Below are positions 14,517 through 27,900 of a stretch of 64,000 bases of DNA, piece by piece. This DNA is from Pocillopora damicornis. Lineage: Eukaryota. The notes below the pieces were generated by a model. The model did no database searches, was not told the DNA's origin, and was given only the letters and a program-made list of their open reading frames with translations. A program made the position numbers and the translations under genes. Every line of letters starts with the position of its first letter. Within the stretch, counting starts at the first letter, position 1. The stretch lies in contig NW_020845264.1 of NCBI RefSeq assembly GCF_003704095.1, positions 620,001 to 684,000 of the forward strand. The letters run 5' to 3'.

Positions 14517-16398
14517 CTAACTACTAAAAAACATTTCCCTCACTAGTTTCATAGTATCATCTGGTGATGTCACTTTGTGTCCTTCAGTTCGCTCATCCAT
14601 GTAGATTTCATAATCATTCCCTCCCTATAGCAAGGTGGAAAAAGAACAAAAGTTCATCAGTACTTTGAGCACATTTTATTGATCTTGCTGTCAAGTCATC
14701 CTGATAAGAGGAGTCCCAAACATGCCTTGCTGTGACCTTGACTGGCATTTTCCAACCTAAATGGAAGTCATCATCAGGGTCAAATAACCTCTGCAAAGGT
14801 TATCAAAATCAGTGTTATTGATAACAAACCTTTTCAGGACTACTCTCACCTGGACAGTTAGACTACCTGATAAAAGTGAAGTATCTCTAGAGGTATGAGA
14901 TATGTTAGAAACATTCTTGAAAGAAAACAAGAAAAAAGAGGAGTATTCATACATAGCACCTTTAACAACTGAGATACAGAAGCAGTTACCTCATAGCATT
15001 TGTCCCCAAAGAAATGAATTTTTTGGTAACCATCACCTTCAACATGTCTCAGGCAATATGTTTTGTCCCAGCCTTTTGGAAAGACATCAAAACTTATCTG
15101 ACCTCCTATACTGATATGGAGTCCATAATCAGAAAATTTTTCCCGCAAAATTGACACAAACTTTTCCCTAACTTTGTGTTCCTGTGGAAACAACAGATCA
15201 CAACCATAAAAACCTTACAAAAATATTGCTGGCATTTATAACTAACATTAAATTACAGAAGGTAAGGGGACTTTTATCCTTTAAGACAAGTCACCTATGA
15301 TGCAAACCAGGTAGACACACTCTTTTTCACTGATAACACTTTTAAGCTTTGTTACATGCAAGTGTGACCTACACATTGGGAATGTGATCCTTATTCTGAA
15401 AAACACTAATGATTGATAACATCTAAAACAGCATCAGAATTTTAATTCCACCAAAAAAGTCTTTTTGAAAATATATGCAGTCATGCAGTTTTTGGTTTCA
15501 TACTCTGTACCATGATGAGAACAGAGATGGTAAAATTTTGTAAGAAGTGGCTAGTACATTACACCAGCCCATTTTTCCAACCAAAACAAGACAGCAAATG
15601 ACATTCTTAGAATACCTTATCGTACTCAAAGAAGGCTATCCTTTCTTCTTGGGAGCAGTTTCGTCCAATAGGTGACACATTTAACATGCCACTTCGAAAC
15701 TCAATGAAAGTTCCCCTAAAAATAAAATGAGATTTAATAAACAAGAGGTAATTGAGGTACAAGATACTCTTGAGTCAAAACTTTTTGCAATGTTTGACAA
15801 AAGTATGTAGCTTGAAACAGATTTCTAATCTCTTATATTGTAACTTCACTTGTTGCTTCTCAATGAGTATAACATTAAATAGTGATTCTCTCTATATCAA
15901 TCCCAAAAGTAAATGCTCTGTGGATCATAAATTTATAAAAACACAGAGGAAATAAAAATAGCATACATTTTGAAAAGGAATGTATATAGAAACTTTACCT
16001 CTTCATAGGAATGTCCAGGTCAGCAATATATTTTAAGCAGAAATTGATGAAAGTCTTAAGCTTTGCTTCACCCATAAATTCCTTGATACTCTGTACACAT
16101 AACCATGTAACAAAATATAAATAAGTACAAAGATTTAGTACAAAGAACAATAACCAATTCCTAAACAACCCATCTCTTATACTTTAAAAATATGATACCT
16201 GTGTTCCCTTTATGGTCTTACAGGGGATAAGTTGCACTTTGAAAGGTATAATTTTGGGAGTTTTAAACATATTTCACAAGATACTCTTCAAAGGTTTTAT
16301 TCCTTGGAGTGTTGGATGATAAGATGAATTGGAAGTGCTATACATTNNNNNNNNNNNNNNNNNNNNNNNNNNNNNNNNNNNNNNNNNNNNNNNNNNNN

Positions 16399-16429
<31 letters not shown>

Positions 16430-17134
16430 ATCCTCTCCAACAGCTGTCTCCATTTTTAGTCTTCATTTTTAGTGAAACACATATTAATTTCCAGCAGTGT
16501 TCAATTCTTACATTAGGAACATTTAAAAAGTGTGGATATGATATTGTCCAAGTTGACGGGGGGAGGCAAAACACTGACCTGTTTATGAATCAGCTCTCCG
16601 TTCTTGTAAGCTACCAAACCATTCTCCGAAAACACATAGTCATACAGGCTCGTCACTGGAAAGAGGAAAGTAATTGGACACAAACAAACTAGCAAACTAC
16701 AAATCAACATTAACACTGTAAATGGACTCGACGTTAAAGATTGTTTGTGAGCCTACAAAGCAATTCATTGATATAAATTCTTCATCAAATATCAATCATT
16801 ACCGCTATACTTTCAACATTAACCTTACCATCGTCTCCTCCCATTTGTTCTTGAATTTTATGAAAATCAGATCCACCAACTAAACCGACGACAACCTTTG
16901 TGCGAAGCTTCTTCATGAACTCTTTCATTTCTGCGGTGACAACCTAACGATCGAGGTTACGGTAGGGTTAACGAAATTATGTTATCTCACAAAATTACCA
17001 TTAAGTGTCATAAAATGACCCCTGATGTCCACAGAAAACAGCTACTGAAAGAAGTTTACCAATCTGGCCGGAGTAACTGTACCATCCACGTCAAATAAAC
17101 ATAAGACATCCTTGGGACTATTCACGGAAGCCAT
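14517..17134 (-). CDS. PMM2: Phosphomannomutase (PMM1/PMM2 type, HAD family), about 7 exons
   Basis: Exon 1 (17134-17060) [24 protein letters not shown] carries the DxDGT motif; later exons encode [70 protein letters not shown]; stop at 14519-14517. Confidence 0.95.
14690..14866. repeat. Degenerate interspersed repeat with a hammerhead-like core (Penelope-associated type), in the last PMM intron
   Basis: Minus strand 14782-14739 reads TGACC CTGATGA TGACTTCCATTTAGGTTG GAAA ATGCCAGTCA. Confidence 0.45.
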
Positions 17135-17767
17135 CTTTACTTGCGTGACGTGAATTATGGTCAAAGTACGATCTAAGAAATTTTGATCGAGAGCGCTTGG
17201 TGACACGTCACCGACACACCCACAGAATAAGCCAATCACTGAGCAGCATTCTTTCCTGGGATCTCTCCTTCACCAAGGAGACCACAATATGTCATCCGTC
17301 AATAAATTTTCCTTTCCGGGTTCTGAGATTTTAGTTTGTAGTGCTGGTAATCACAAACTTCTCTTTGTTAGGAATTTGGTGTTCAATCAGGCCAAGGATC
17401 TCTAATAAGTATTCCATCAAATTCTTATCACCCATCTGTTAGTCAGTCTTAGAGATTTGTTGAAAGAATAAATATTCTGATCACCCCAAGGGATGAAAGG
17501 ATTAATATGGAGTTGTTCAAACATTGTCTGTGAAAGGAAATGAGCTGCAATAATTCCAGAAACCGAAAACATTGAGCAAGGAGAAAAATGCTAGTTGAAA
17601 TGATCAAGGCTGTCACAAAAATCATCACTGTTTGAATGTTTGATTGATAATTTTATTAACACACATAAATTCCTTCATAATCAACTGCTATGGCTGTAGT
17701 AATACTGCTTTCCTCCCATCATCCTCTTACCTTGCTTCAAGCTTTTAATTTCTTTTTGTTTTTTTCA

Positions 17768-18262
17768 TTTATTATACCCATTTTGAAATCATTGGTGGTC
17801 CCTGTAATCTGATTGGCTCTAAATGGTGCAATTTATTCACGAATCCCACCATTTTTTGCTTTGAATCACATCTTTTTCCCAGGCAATGAGGCTACACTAA
17901 AAACAAAACAACCAATCAGATTTCAAGGCTTGTTTAAAGAAACCAATCAAATTGCAGGAAAATAAAAGACAAAGTATCATATGACAAATTTTGCAACTTT
18001 TGTTTCCACAACTCTTATTTTTCCCCCAAAACAATGGATGAATTTAATTTCAAACCAGCTCAGTACTGCATTAATAGAATATCTGAACTGATCAAGTCCT
18101 GTATTTGGGCGATTTCAAAATGGATGTAATAAAGTGGTAATTGAACCTTGTGTCATGCAATTTTAGTCTGAAATCATACTTGTGATTACAAATCAAACTC
18201 GTGCTGTGGGCTTGTTCGATTTTTAAATCATGCATATGATTTCAGCCCAAATTGCACTCCAC
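17768..18262. repeat. Interspersed repeat / non-autonomous element with terminal hairpin
   Basis: Imperfect inverted repeat at about 18157-18255 (GCAATTTTAGTCTGAAATCATA...TATGATTTCAGCCCAAATTGC) and a recurring ATTTTGAAATC motif. Confidence 0.55.
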
Positions 18263-18669
18263 TTGTTCATGATTTTACATTTGGAGGAAACAGTTTAAAT
18301 TGTGTACCTATACTCTACATTACATCCATGAAACTCTAACTTATGAAAAAGTCTACAATTTCCTAATGCCATACAAAACCTGTACCTCACATAACCATAC
18401 AAAATCTGCACTGTTTTACAGAAGTGCTCTTAAATTAGTGGAATAAGTATCAAATTATTTCCTCATAAGGATTAGGCCACTGCCAGGCTGTTGGTGCTTA
18501 CACTAAAACAGAGCCAGTTGGCAGAGTTTTCACTTGTTATGTCCTTGGAAAAAATTCAACTCTACATTAATAAAATAAAAAAAGGACATTATTTCTACAC
18601 ATACTTATGATTCCCAATTTAATGCCTCTAGTTGTATACAAGGCCTGCAGTTGTATTTTCTCACACTTT

Positions 18670-21600
18670 TTATTTGACATTAGTCATTTTAAACACCCAT
18701 GCCCACTGACAGGGCAGGTCAGAGGCAGACAGGGGTGGAATAATTATTTTCATTCCTCCCTTTTCTGAAAGAGGCTTCCAAGGAAACTCAACTCCTGGTA
18801 GACCAAGCAGATTAACGGTTGCATTCTCAGCAGGCACAGGTGACCCAAGATATAGTGTCTCCTCTTTGGGCCACTCCAGTGCAATAGCATATGTCAGCCC
18901 AGGTTTGCTGGTGTACCTGTGGAAAGATAGCAAAAGTTGTAACAGACCAATCTATGTATCCAGGTTTATCAGAGTAAAGGTGAGTAATAACTCAATTATC
19001 TTTTGGATTACATTCACATAAGTTTTGCTCCACTACTTGCTGTACATGTACATTCAATTCTGAAATAAACTTCACTTTTGATACATTGTGAGCACTGTAA
19101 ATTTAATAAGCAAAGAAAAAATAATGAGACCAACAAGGAAAAGGTACAAACTTCTGAGTCCCAGGAAGAACTAAACCTCAGACCTTTTGTCACTCCACCA
19201 CTCAGCCACAGAGACTCTATGGTAAATTGGGCCTTATTCACTTAGTTCATATGAAACACACATTGGGCATAACACTACTACTAGCAATTTGTATAAAGCT
19301 TCATGTGTGCGTTGACAGAAAAAGGAAAAGGTGGTAATTTTTTTAAGCTCTGTAATGAAATACAGAGATGACTTTTATTCTTTGGGAAAATAATACTTAC
19401 CATATCTTAGGGGTTAAGGTATCATTTTGAACTCGCCAAGGCTTGGTTCCATAAATACCTTCCCCATTAACGTTCAGCCAGTCTCCCATTTGTTCAAGAC
19501 GTTCCTGAAAAATTGGGTCAATTCGACCATCTGCTGTTGGGCCAACATTCATCAGCATGTTACCACCACAACTGTTCAGAGGGAGAGTAAAAATAATTTA
19601 ATAAATTAGTGACTATAAAAAATCAGACCAGCTCTCTTGTGCCTCAGGAAAAATTGTCTCATGATTAGTTTTATTCCATAACCAGCTATGCCAACATCTG
19701 TATACTAGACTAAGGAAATCACTTGTTTAAAATGAGAAAAGGTGACATTATGAAAAAAAATCATGAGGAAAGTCAATAGTGATAAAAGAAAAGAGAAAAG
19801 ACAGTGATTAATAAGAGGAATCAGGAGTGAGGGGATGACAAGAAGAGCAACAATGAGAGCTGGAGTAAATACTGCAGGCACCTGAACCACAATGGATAGG
19901 GAAAAGACACAGGGAAAAGAAGAACATTTTAAGATTCTAACCTCACAGTTGAAGCAAGGATACTGGTCAGGTTATCCATAGTTAGAAAGTCTGAGATAGT
20001 TGTGTTTCTTCGATATCCCCATGAATCTTTATCAACGGTCATTGCATCTTCCCATTTGTGTTTCTGCAAAACACCTGAAAATGGACGGAAATACCTTTTT
20101 AATAAATCTGATATTAAGATCTACACTCCACCAACAGCAAAATGTAATGTTGCCTCTAAAATTTTGAGAAAAATTATAAAAGTTTTACAATTTTAACAAA
20201 AAGATATGAAAATAAGATTAATATACAATTAAGGGATGGTGTATACTTTTTGATACGTTACCTGGATTATATCTGTCAGCACAAGTAAACACCCCACCAT
20301 GGTGACACATATCACCAGCACCCCAGCGGTCATTCACCACCACAGTGTCTTTAACAGGACTGAAAATAAAGTGTGAGAAATTCACTTTAACCCACTGACT
20401 TATATTACTGTCATGTGCTTAGTAAGTCCCAGAGTAGGTTCCTTACAGTACATGTTTTATGTTAAGTGGCCTTGGGGCCAGAGTTGATCTAGTTAATCAC
20501 AACTTGATGCTGGTTGCTTCTGGTAGATTCTTACGCAGGACACAGTCTTGAATTTAAAAACTTTAAGCTTGCAAACATGTATTGTGTGATTATATCAGAA
20601 GATTCTTACACAGTCATGAATTTTAAAACTCTAAGTTTGCAAACATTTTGGAGTAAATTCTTTATTTTTAAGAAGAATAACCAACTGTGAAGATAACTTT
20701 GAGGGCAATTCTCTAAACTAAGTATTTACTAATTTTTACAAGTGGTTTCACCTTAGAATTTTGTCATTTTGTTCTCCTGCAATGAAATGTTACCTGTCAT
20801 TGTACAGCCATGCAAGAAATTCTTTACTCTTCCAGTAAGAATCACTAGCTTCCCAGTCACCATCTGACCAAATATACTCTGGCTTGTAATTCTCTACAAT
20901 ATCATACATCTGGGGTAGCATAATTTCCTTTATTAAAAAACAGAAAGTACATATTATCCAGGAGTTTCATTCAGATATTTAGTACCATAATTTCTAGCCG
21001 ATTACCCATGGGTAATCTGTTAATTTTTCCACAGACAGTTGTTGGTGCAAGTTATGGGAAGGTGCAGGTAATAAGATAATTTTACAGAACAACAGCACGA
21101 CAGAATATTTGACACATCAGTGAAATTTTCTTAGCTAGCACTGCCATGAGTTAAAGAGTATTTTCATGTTTCAAGCCATTTCTTTGATTCATTCTATAAG
21201 AAACATCGAGAACAGGAAATGTGAAAATTTATTAATTGCATGCTAAAGGATATCATGTCAACAAAAACAATGGTGGAACTTTGTGTGAGTTGACGATTTT
21301 CTTTTGTTCTTAGGTGCAGGTTATCTGCCAGTGCAGGTGATCTGTTTAAATTTTTTTTGTCACAATTGCAAAAATTGACATATGCAGGTAATCTGCCGCA
21401 CGGGTAAATAGCCAGAAATTACGGTACCAGGATAACAGTATAGAAAAAACTGCACAGTCTACAATTCCACATCCAACAATAAATATATATTTAAAAAAAA
21501 CTGCCTCGTCAATATCTTATTAAGAAAATATTCCACATCAATACAAAAATGCATTATTAGGTTTGGTTGACAGCCTTGAGAAGAAATCCATGATTTACAT

Positions 21601-23848
21601 GTAGCTGGGGAGAATGCAAGATCAGAAAAACATATAAAACAGTGCTAAAATGTTCATTTAACCCTTTAACTCCCAGGAGTCATTAAAAAGTAACTTCTCC
21701 CTAAATATCTAACCATTATCCAGCAAACAGGCAATGAGAATATTCAAACTTATTGGGTTCAAGTTGCTCTCTCAATCTGACACCAAATTCTTGCAACTTA
21801 CTTATGAGGAAACATATAGCAGCTAGTGGGGGAGAATTCACAATCAGATATTCAGAGTTAAAGGGTTAACCCTTTCACTCTCATGATCTTATCAGTAGTT
21901 CTCTTTGCCATCTGCCCCACAACTTCTATAATGTTAGTTAAGAGAATTTGGTACTGAATCAACTAATAATCCTTTAATTGATTTTTTTTCTTTATTCTTG
22001 TCACCCATCAGCTTGAAAGTGTACTGTTATTGTAAAGAGAAACTTTGTCCAGGTCACTTATGGGAGTTCAAGTATTAAAACAGAATTTATCCTTAAGAGT
22101 TCAACTTACATCAACATATGTCTGTGTGGCAAATTTATTTTCTTTATCTTCCAGATAAAGAGGGTTAAACCATTCATAAAGGGAATAGTACAAACCAAAT
22201 GTGATGTTAGTGCGCTTCCTAATGGCTGATGCTAGATCACCTGTTCAAGACAAATAAAATGACCATGTTATTTTTGTACAATGTTTCAAGAACAATATCA
22301 TGGTGGGCATCAGTTCTGAGCGTGCACTATAATAGATCTGGCTTTTTCTTTTGTATCTGCCAACATGAAGGATTCCTATTTTATCAAAACATACAGTGGC
22401 ACAAATGTTACTTTAAAGAAAGTGCCATTTTGGTTGTGGAGGACCAACTTGGAAATGTTCAGTGTGACTTTAGGTGATTGCAAAGTAAATCTGGCCTTAC
22501 AAAAAGATTACAAAAAGCATGAAATAGAATGCCCAAGTTGAGACCAAAAGCTTGCTTACCAACAAGATCCCTATGAGGACCATTATTGACGGAGTTCCAG
22601 TTCCAAGAAACATTTGACCTCCAGTTTGTCCAGCCCTCATGGTGTTTACTTGTCAAAACAACATATCTATCAAAGATGAAAATAATTATAAAAGTAAGGC
22701 ATTACTTCTTCCAGCCTAGTTGTTAAAAAAATAGTAGCTGACTTTATGTTGTTGATCCTCTCCCCTAAAGAAAAGCTCCTTCTACTTGAATATGTTAGTT
22801 TCTTAAAAATAAAGTTTACTTTTGCAAAATGAGAGTTATGCAATGATTCCCATAGAGAAGAAGGGATATTATCACAAACTTAATTGGCAGTAGAGATTGC
22901 CATCACAGAAAATGAGCAGTTGAGCATGGTTGAGAGGGGAGGAGGGATGAGCCAACAAGCCTGGTACACACACTGCATATCCCAGACCTACTTAAGACTA
23001 TAGAGATAAATTGAGACTGTTGGCCATGGTATAGTCATCAACTATGCAAAGAACAAGTCTGTAGAGTAACAAGACTTGATTAAGTAAAAGGACTTGTCAC
23101 CCATTAAAAAAAATTATATAATATCATCACTTCCAAAAAAATCTTAAGAGAAAATGCGCTCTCAGCAGATTTTGTTCGAATAGCTTTAATGCTGAAACTG
23201 GAACTAACATCTGTCAGATATCAAGGAATGTCTGCTGAAGCTGAATATAGCATGTTTAATCAAATCCTCAAAACTCTCAAACCAAGAGATTTAATCTACG
23301 AAAATAGGTCAAGTTGTAAACGTAAAAAGTTTCACAAAGAGAACCCTTTGTGATGCAGGTACTTATTACAAAACCACCTATTTTAGAAACCATTTCTAAA
23401 GATAACTACATATATTGCATAATTTTCTTAGTTCAGCTTGTCTCAACTGCTTCGGAAAGCTTGAAATGCCCAATTTTCATACTATAAAGAAACACTCTAT
23501 AAATGAGAGTATTAAAAGAATGGCAACCTTTAAAAAAATTATGAAAAAATCGTCCCACAAACCTGGCACCAGATCGAGCCAACATGTCCGCCCACAGATC
23601 AGGGTCGAAAAATTCAGCCCTGAACATCGGCGCAAAATCGGCATAGGAGAAACCCGGACGATAATTCTTTTTCATAAACTCAACGTATTTTGGATCATTT
23701 TCTCCTTTCCAATGCCACCAAAACCATTCGGAGCCAAAACTCGGAACAGCATACACCCCCCAGTGCATAAAAATTCCGAACTTCGCATCGTCGTACCAGG
23801 AGGGAAGTGGCCGCGAATCAAGCGACTCCCACGTCGCCTGATATTTCG
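18670..23848 (-). CDS. FUCA: Alpha-L-fucosidase (GH29, FUCA1/FUCA2-like), multi-exon; 5' end lost in the N-gap
   Basis: [30 protein letters not shown]; TSKHHEG; [12 protein letters not shown]; IWSDGDW (nucleophile Asp); VVNDRWG; LMNVGPT; C-terminal WAWVFKM. Exons at about 23848-23563, 22666-22560, 22220-22110, 20927-20813, 20360-20261, 20066-19944, 19573-19401, 18916-18670. Confidence 0.95.
19125..19380 (-). mobile_element. Degenerate tRNA-derived SINE-like element
   Basis: Minus strand shows A/B-box-like remnants (TGGCTGAGTGGTGGAG...GAGGTTTAGTTCTTCC); resembles a common coral SINE from memory. Confidence 0.5.
20983..21426. mobile_element. MITE of about 440 bp with 25-bp terminal inverted repeats
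   Basis: TACCATAATTTCTAGCCGATTACCC at 20983 pairs with GGGTAAATAGCCAGAAATTACGGTA ending at 21426; internal GCAGGTnATCTG repeats. Confidence 0.7.
21658..21869. mobile_element. piggyBac-like MITE (TTAA-CCCT...AGGG-TTAA)
   Basis: Perfect inverted ends TTAACCCTTTAACTC / GAGTTAAAGGGTTAA, about 210 bp apart. Confidence 0.8.
21866..22078. mobile_element. Second, more decayed piggyBac-like MITE sharing the TTAA with the first
   Basis: Starts TTAACCCTTTCACTC on the same TTAA and ends GGGAGTTCAAGTATTAA; related copies at about 17340-17505, 27798-28010 and, split, 37610-38317. Confidence 0.6.
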
Positions 23849-23948
23849 NNNNNNNNNNNNNNNNNNNNNNNNNNNNNNNNNNNNNNNNNNNNNNNNNNNN
23901 NNNNNNNNNNNNNNNNNNNNNNNNNNNNNNNNNNNNNNNNNNNNNNNN

Positions 23949-24625
23949 TTGTTTTATCTTGAACATTCCTCCCAACAAATCCGCTGTACTCTGAATGATA
24001 GTATCCTCTAGTATCTCCCTTGTGATAAGATGGAAAGTAACATTTTTTTCGTAGACTCCAAATAAAACAGGGTTCTCATCAATGTCAAATTCCACGATCC
24101 TTTTTCCATCTTCGCCTTGCAATCGGACTATGTTGCTTACACCAGTGCTAGAACAAAGAAGAGAAATTCCTTAAAATACATTGAATTTGATCATATCAGA
24201 TCAGTGAGGCGTAATGAGCCGAGTTCTCTGCGGCTCAATGGCCAGAGAGGGAACTTTAATTACTACAGCGCTAGATAGCTATACATGAAAACTTATTTAG
24301 TTCTTCCGAAATGAGAAAGTAACAACTAAACAGATCGCCAAATGCATGGTAAGTGATACTTATCATAGTTGGAGTCCAAAGGGATTGCTGGCGTGGAATA
24401 TAGACCAATACCCCACCTCAGGCTGAATTCAAATTCTTACCACATCGGGTGAGTCATCACCAAATATTCTGGTTCATCCATCAAAATTCGAAACACATCT
24501 GACCGCTTTGCTGGTATATACACCGGCTCTAGCGAGAATCCGACAGTGACAACTTCCAGCTCCCTGTAGGCTAAAACGCCAAGAATTGCCACTAAAGAGG
24601 TCCAGAAGATGATCCTGAGAGTCAT
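23949..24625 (-). CDS. Uncharacterised protein with N-terminal signal/TM segment and SRPBCC (START/polyketide-cyclase)-like domain; 3' end in the N-gap
   Basis: Exon 1 24625-24441 (phase 2) joins exon 2 from 24147 in frame; VYIPAKRSDVFRILMDEPEYLVMTHP resembles the SRPBCC N-terminal pattern (I.AP...V...L.D......WHP). Confidence 0.6.
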
Positions 24626-24996
24626 TACGGTAGTTCACTGGCACTTGATCGGGTCACCGAGACGAATGAGAGAGCGTGACTTGAGAGACGGTAGACGTTT
24701 TGTGACATGCATGACGTCATTTCCAGAAATGTTTGCGAAATGTGTGACTTGAAAGGTACTTGATCGGAAAGAGAATACTGTCTCATTCTTTCCCAGCTCT
24801 CGTGTCAGTTGTAGCGAGGATCAATGTTTTCAGAAGCTTATGGCAGCTGTCAAAAGTGGAAAACTATACCATAATCTGAGATTTATCTTGGTGTTACATT
24901 CTTGCTTTAAGCCTTGTCTTTTGGTTGAGGACAAATATGGCTTCCTTCGAGAAGTCCAGAAATAGCACCAAATAGATAGTAAAACCGTGTTGTTGA
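24626..24996. promoter_or_regulatory. Probable bidirectional promoter with a full CRE (TGACGTCA 24712-24719)
   Basis: Divergent start codons 371 bp apart; CpG-richer than flanks; palindromic CRE. Confidence 0.6.
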
Positions 24997-27900
24997 ATGG
25001 CTGATAAAAACGACGACGAAAGCGAGAAGTGGTGTGCTGTATGCAGTGATAGTGCCTCCGGTTACCATTACGGTGCGAACACTTGTGAAGGCTGCAAGAG
25101 TTTCTTTAAGAGGACAGTACAGAAAGAGCTGCTGGACAAATATGAGTGTATTGCTGATGAAAGCTGTCCCGTAGACAAGCAGTCACGGGCCAAATGTCAG
25201 TTCTGTCGGCTTCAGAAATGTTTTACAGTGGGGATGGTCGCAGAAGGTATTGATTTCTCTTACAGAGATTTTCATTCAAAATCTAAAGATTATTAGAGAT
25301 GAAGCACAGGTAGGAATATTCCGCCAGAGTAATCTTTCGATCAAGGAATTCGACTGGACAAATGACAACATGTACTTAGTGTTTAATTATGATTTCTGCG
25401 AGTTAGACTGCAGGGAAAAATAGCGAAAATCAATAAAATGATTTTGATATACTACTAAAGGCAGCCAATCTCTGAAAAACGACCTTTAGACTGTGTTGAG
25501 ACAAAATGATAATAAGTTTGACTTCAGGATGTTGAAACGAGTCACAGCAGTGTCATGTGATCTACTTCTACTTATTATGCTGGTGAAATTAACAGAACCT
25601 TCGATTATTATTGTAAAAAGTGGGACAACATGTAAACAGAAAAGCTGTTCTGTTGTTATGCATATTTTATCCAATTATATTTTATATTTTCATTCATCAA
25701 CTTCAAAACTTAATTAAATCCCTGATTAAGCATTGAGGTTTGAGTTGCTGCAAGTTATTAAGCAAGGGTGAAGATATGGGTAGGATTGGTGACTGGGATA
25801 TATTTCAGACTGTGTTTCATGAAATGATAATCATTTGTTTTATTGATATTCATACATAACAATCAATTCCTCACTTCTAGTGAGAGAATTTGAGCATAGG
25901 GTTAGTTGTAAATGTAAATTTACACATTTTGGAAAACAAATTTGGTTTCAAGTTGTGTTTCTTTAGACATCTTTACCCAAACTCTTTGGCCATCTTCAGA
26001 TATGTTTGTTTCCCTAAAAGTGATCCTGGCCCTCTCAGTACTTTGCTTTAAGGCTTTTTTTTAAAACTACAGAGTAGGAGTCATAACCAGAGTCTTAGGG
26101 CACTTAGACTTAAGAGCACAATACTAGTGGAACCGGAGTCTGAAGATTCCAAATAGTTCCATTTCCTCCCAATCCTGCTGATAAATGATACGTTTATGAT
26201 CAGTTAAGAACTAAATTGTTCAAGCAGCAAGCAGAAGCAGAAGATTCAACCAATCAGAGTGCAAGTTCTAAGGTCATCAAATGGCTTAATAACCTAATCA
26301 ACCTAGATTTCAAAGATCACAGACAATTGAGGCACTAATGGCAATGGAATACTGCTTCCAATTCTGTTGTTATTGTTATTTATTTATTTTTTTATTTTTG
26401 TCATTAGCTTGCATCTCTCTGCACTTCTAAGAAAAAACTCTAGCCCTGATATTTGTGAAAACCAGCCTGAAGTGTAAAAGGTTATGTCATGCATACAATG
26501 CAAGTGACAATTATTGCCACATGTTCACTTTTTTATTGAAATATTTAATTTTTTCTAGGGGTAAGAAAAGAAAAAAAGCGTGGTGGACGATCATTCTATC
26601 CACTAAAGAAACAGAAATGTGATGAAACAACTGAGAGAAATGTGAATCAAGACACAAATATTGTATATTGCTCTGAACTCATTGAAAAACTTATGGAAAG
26701 TAGTCCTTGCATCATTCCTCCTGGAGAGTCAGATGAGAATCCAAAGGAAGCAGATGGCACAGAAAGCAGGGAAGGAATGCTCACCAGACTTTCCACTGCA
26801 ATTACCAAAGAACTATACTTGATTGTTGAATGGGCCAAACTGGTACCGGGTTTTGAAAATCTTTGCCGTAAGGATCAGATTGCTTTGTTGACCGCTGGAG
26901 GAATGGAACTGATTGTGTTTCGAGTCATTTACAGGTCTATTCCTTACAAAGAGTATGTGTACATGAACTCAACCACTCTTCTTGAGAGAGAGGATTGTTA
27001 CAGTGTGTTGAACAAAGAAATTGTTGACATGATTCTTGATGTGGTAGAAAGACTTAGGCCCCTTGCCATGGATCAAGTAGAATTTGCTTGTTTAAAGACT
27101 ATTCTCTTAGCTAATCCAGGTAGGGATTTTCAGTGCATAACTTTACATTATCAACCTTGGTCAGTCTGTCTAGTAGATAACTGTCTGTCTATTTTTTCAA
27201 TTGCCTATCTGACTATATTCTTGCACAGGGTAAAAGAAAGTGCTGCATCAGTGGGAGTTTATAACAGGTAATTTAGCATTAACAACTGAGTTAAAAATGT
27301 AAGTTGGCCTCCGTAAAGAGTTTAAAAGCTGATGTTATGAGCATTAGCCCTTCATCAGAGTGAAGGGCTAACATTTGACACATCAGCCTTTAAACTCTTT
27401 ATGGCAGCCAATTTACGTTTTCAACTCAGTTGTTAACACTAAATTACCTATGTATTTGCATGTCTGAGTCTCACCACATGCCTCCAGGGTCTTGCATGTT
27501 TAGACAGCTACATGGTACATTACTACCTTACCATAAGCTTTATTCTTGTCCTACATTCTGAATCATTTTGTATTATTTTCAAGCTAAGAGGAATTTTATG
27601 CCAAGGAACCAATAGAAATTGCCATCTACAACTGACAGAAATCATTTGCTGTCTTAAATTGAGTTGTTGTCCAGAGCAGAATGCCACTTAGTCTTACATT
27701 TACATTAAAATCTTTTGAAATTAATTTTACCAAAGGCACCACCTTATCTGACTGATTTTTGTGTAGTGGAATTTGGCAAGTATGAAACTAAAACTGTTTA
27801 ACCTGTAATTCCTATGAGTGACCGAGCCAGAAGTTCTCCTTACAACATCAATACAACATCAAGCAGACAAGTAATGAGAATAAAGGGAAATATCAATTTG

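Noticed and set aside
16309-16692. Poly-Pro / poly-Gly ORFs
   Set aside because: Derived from a poly-C run beside an N-gap inside a PMM intron
23433-24122. Apparent fusion ORF of the SRPBCC-like protein with fucosidase
   Set aside because: The join runs through a 100-N placeholder gap of unknown true length; most likely two genes
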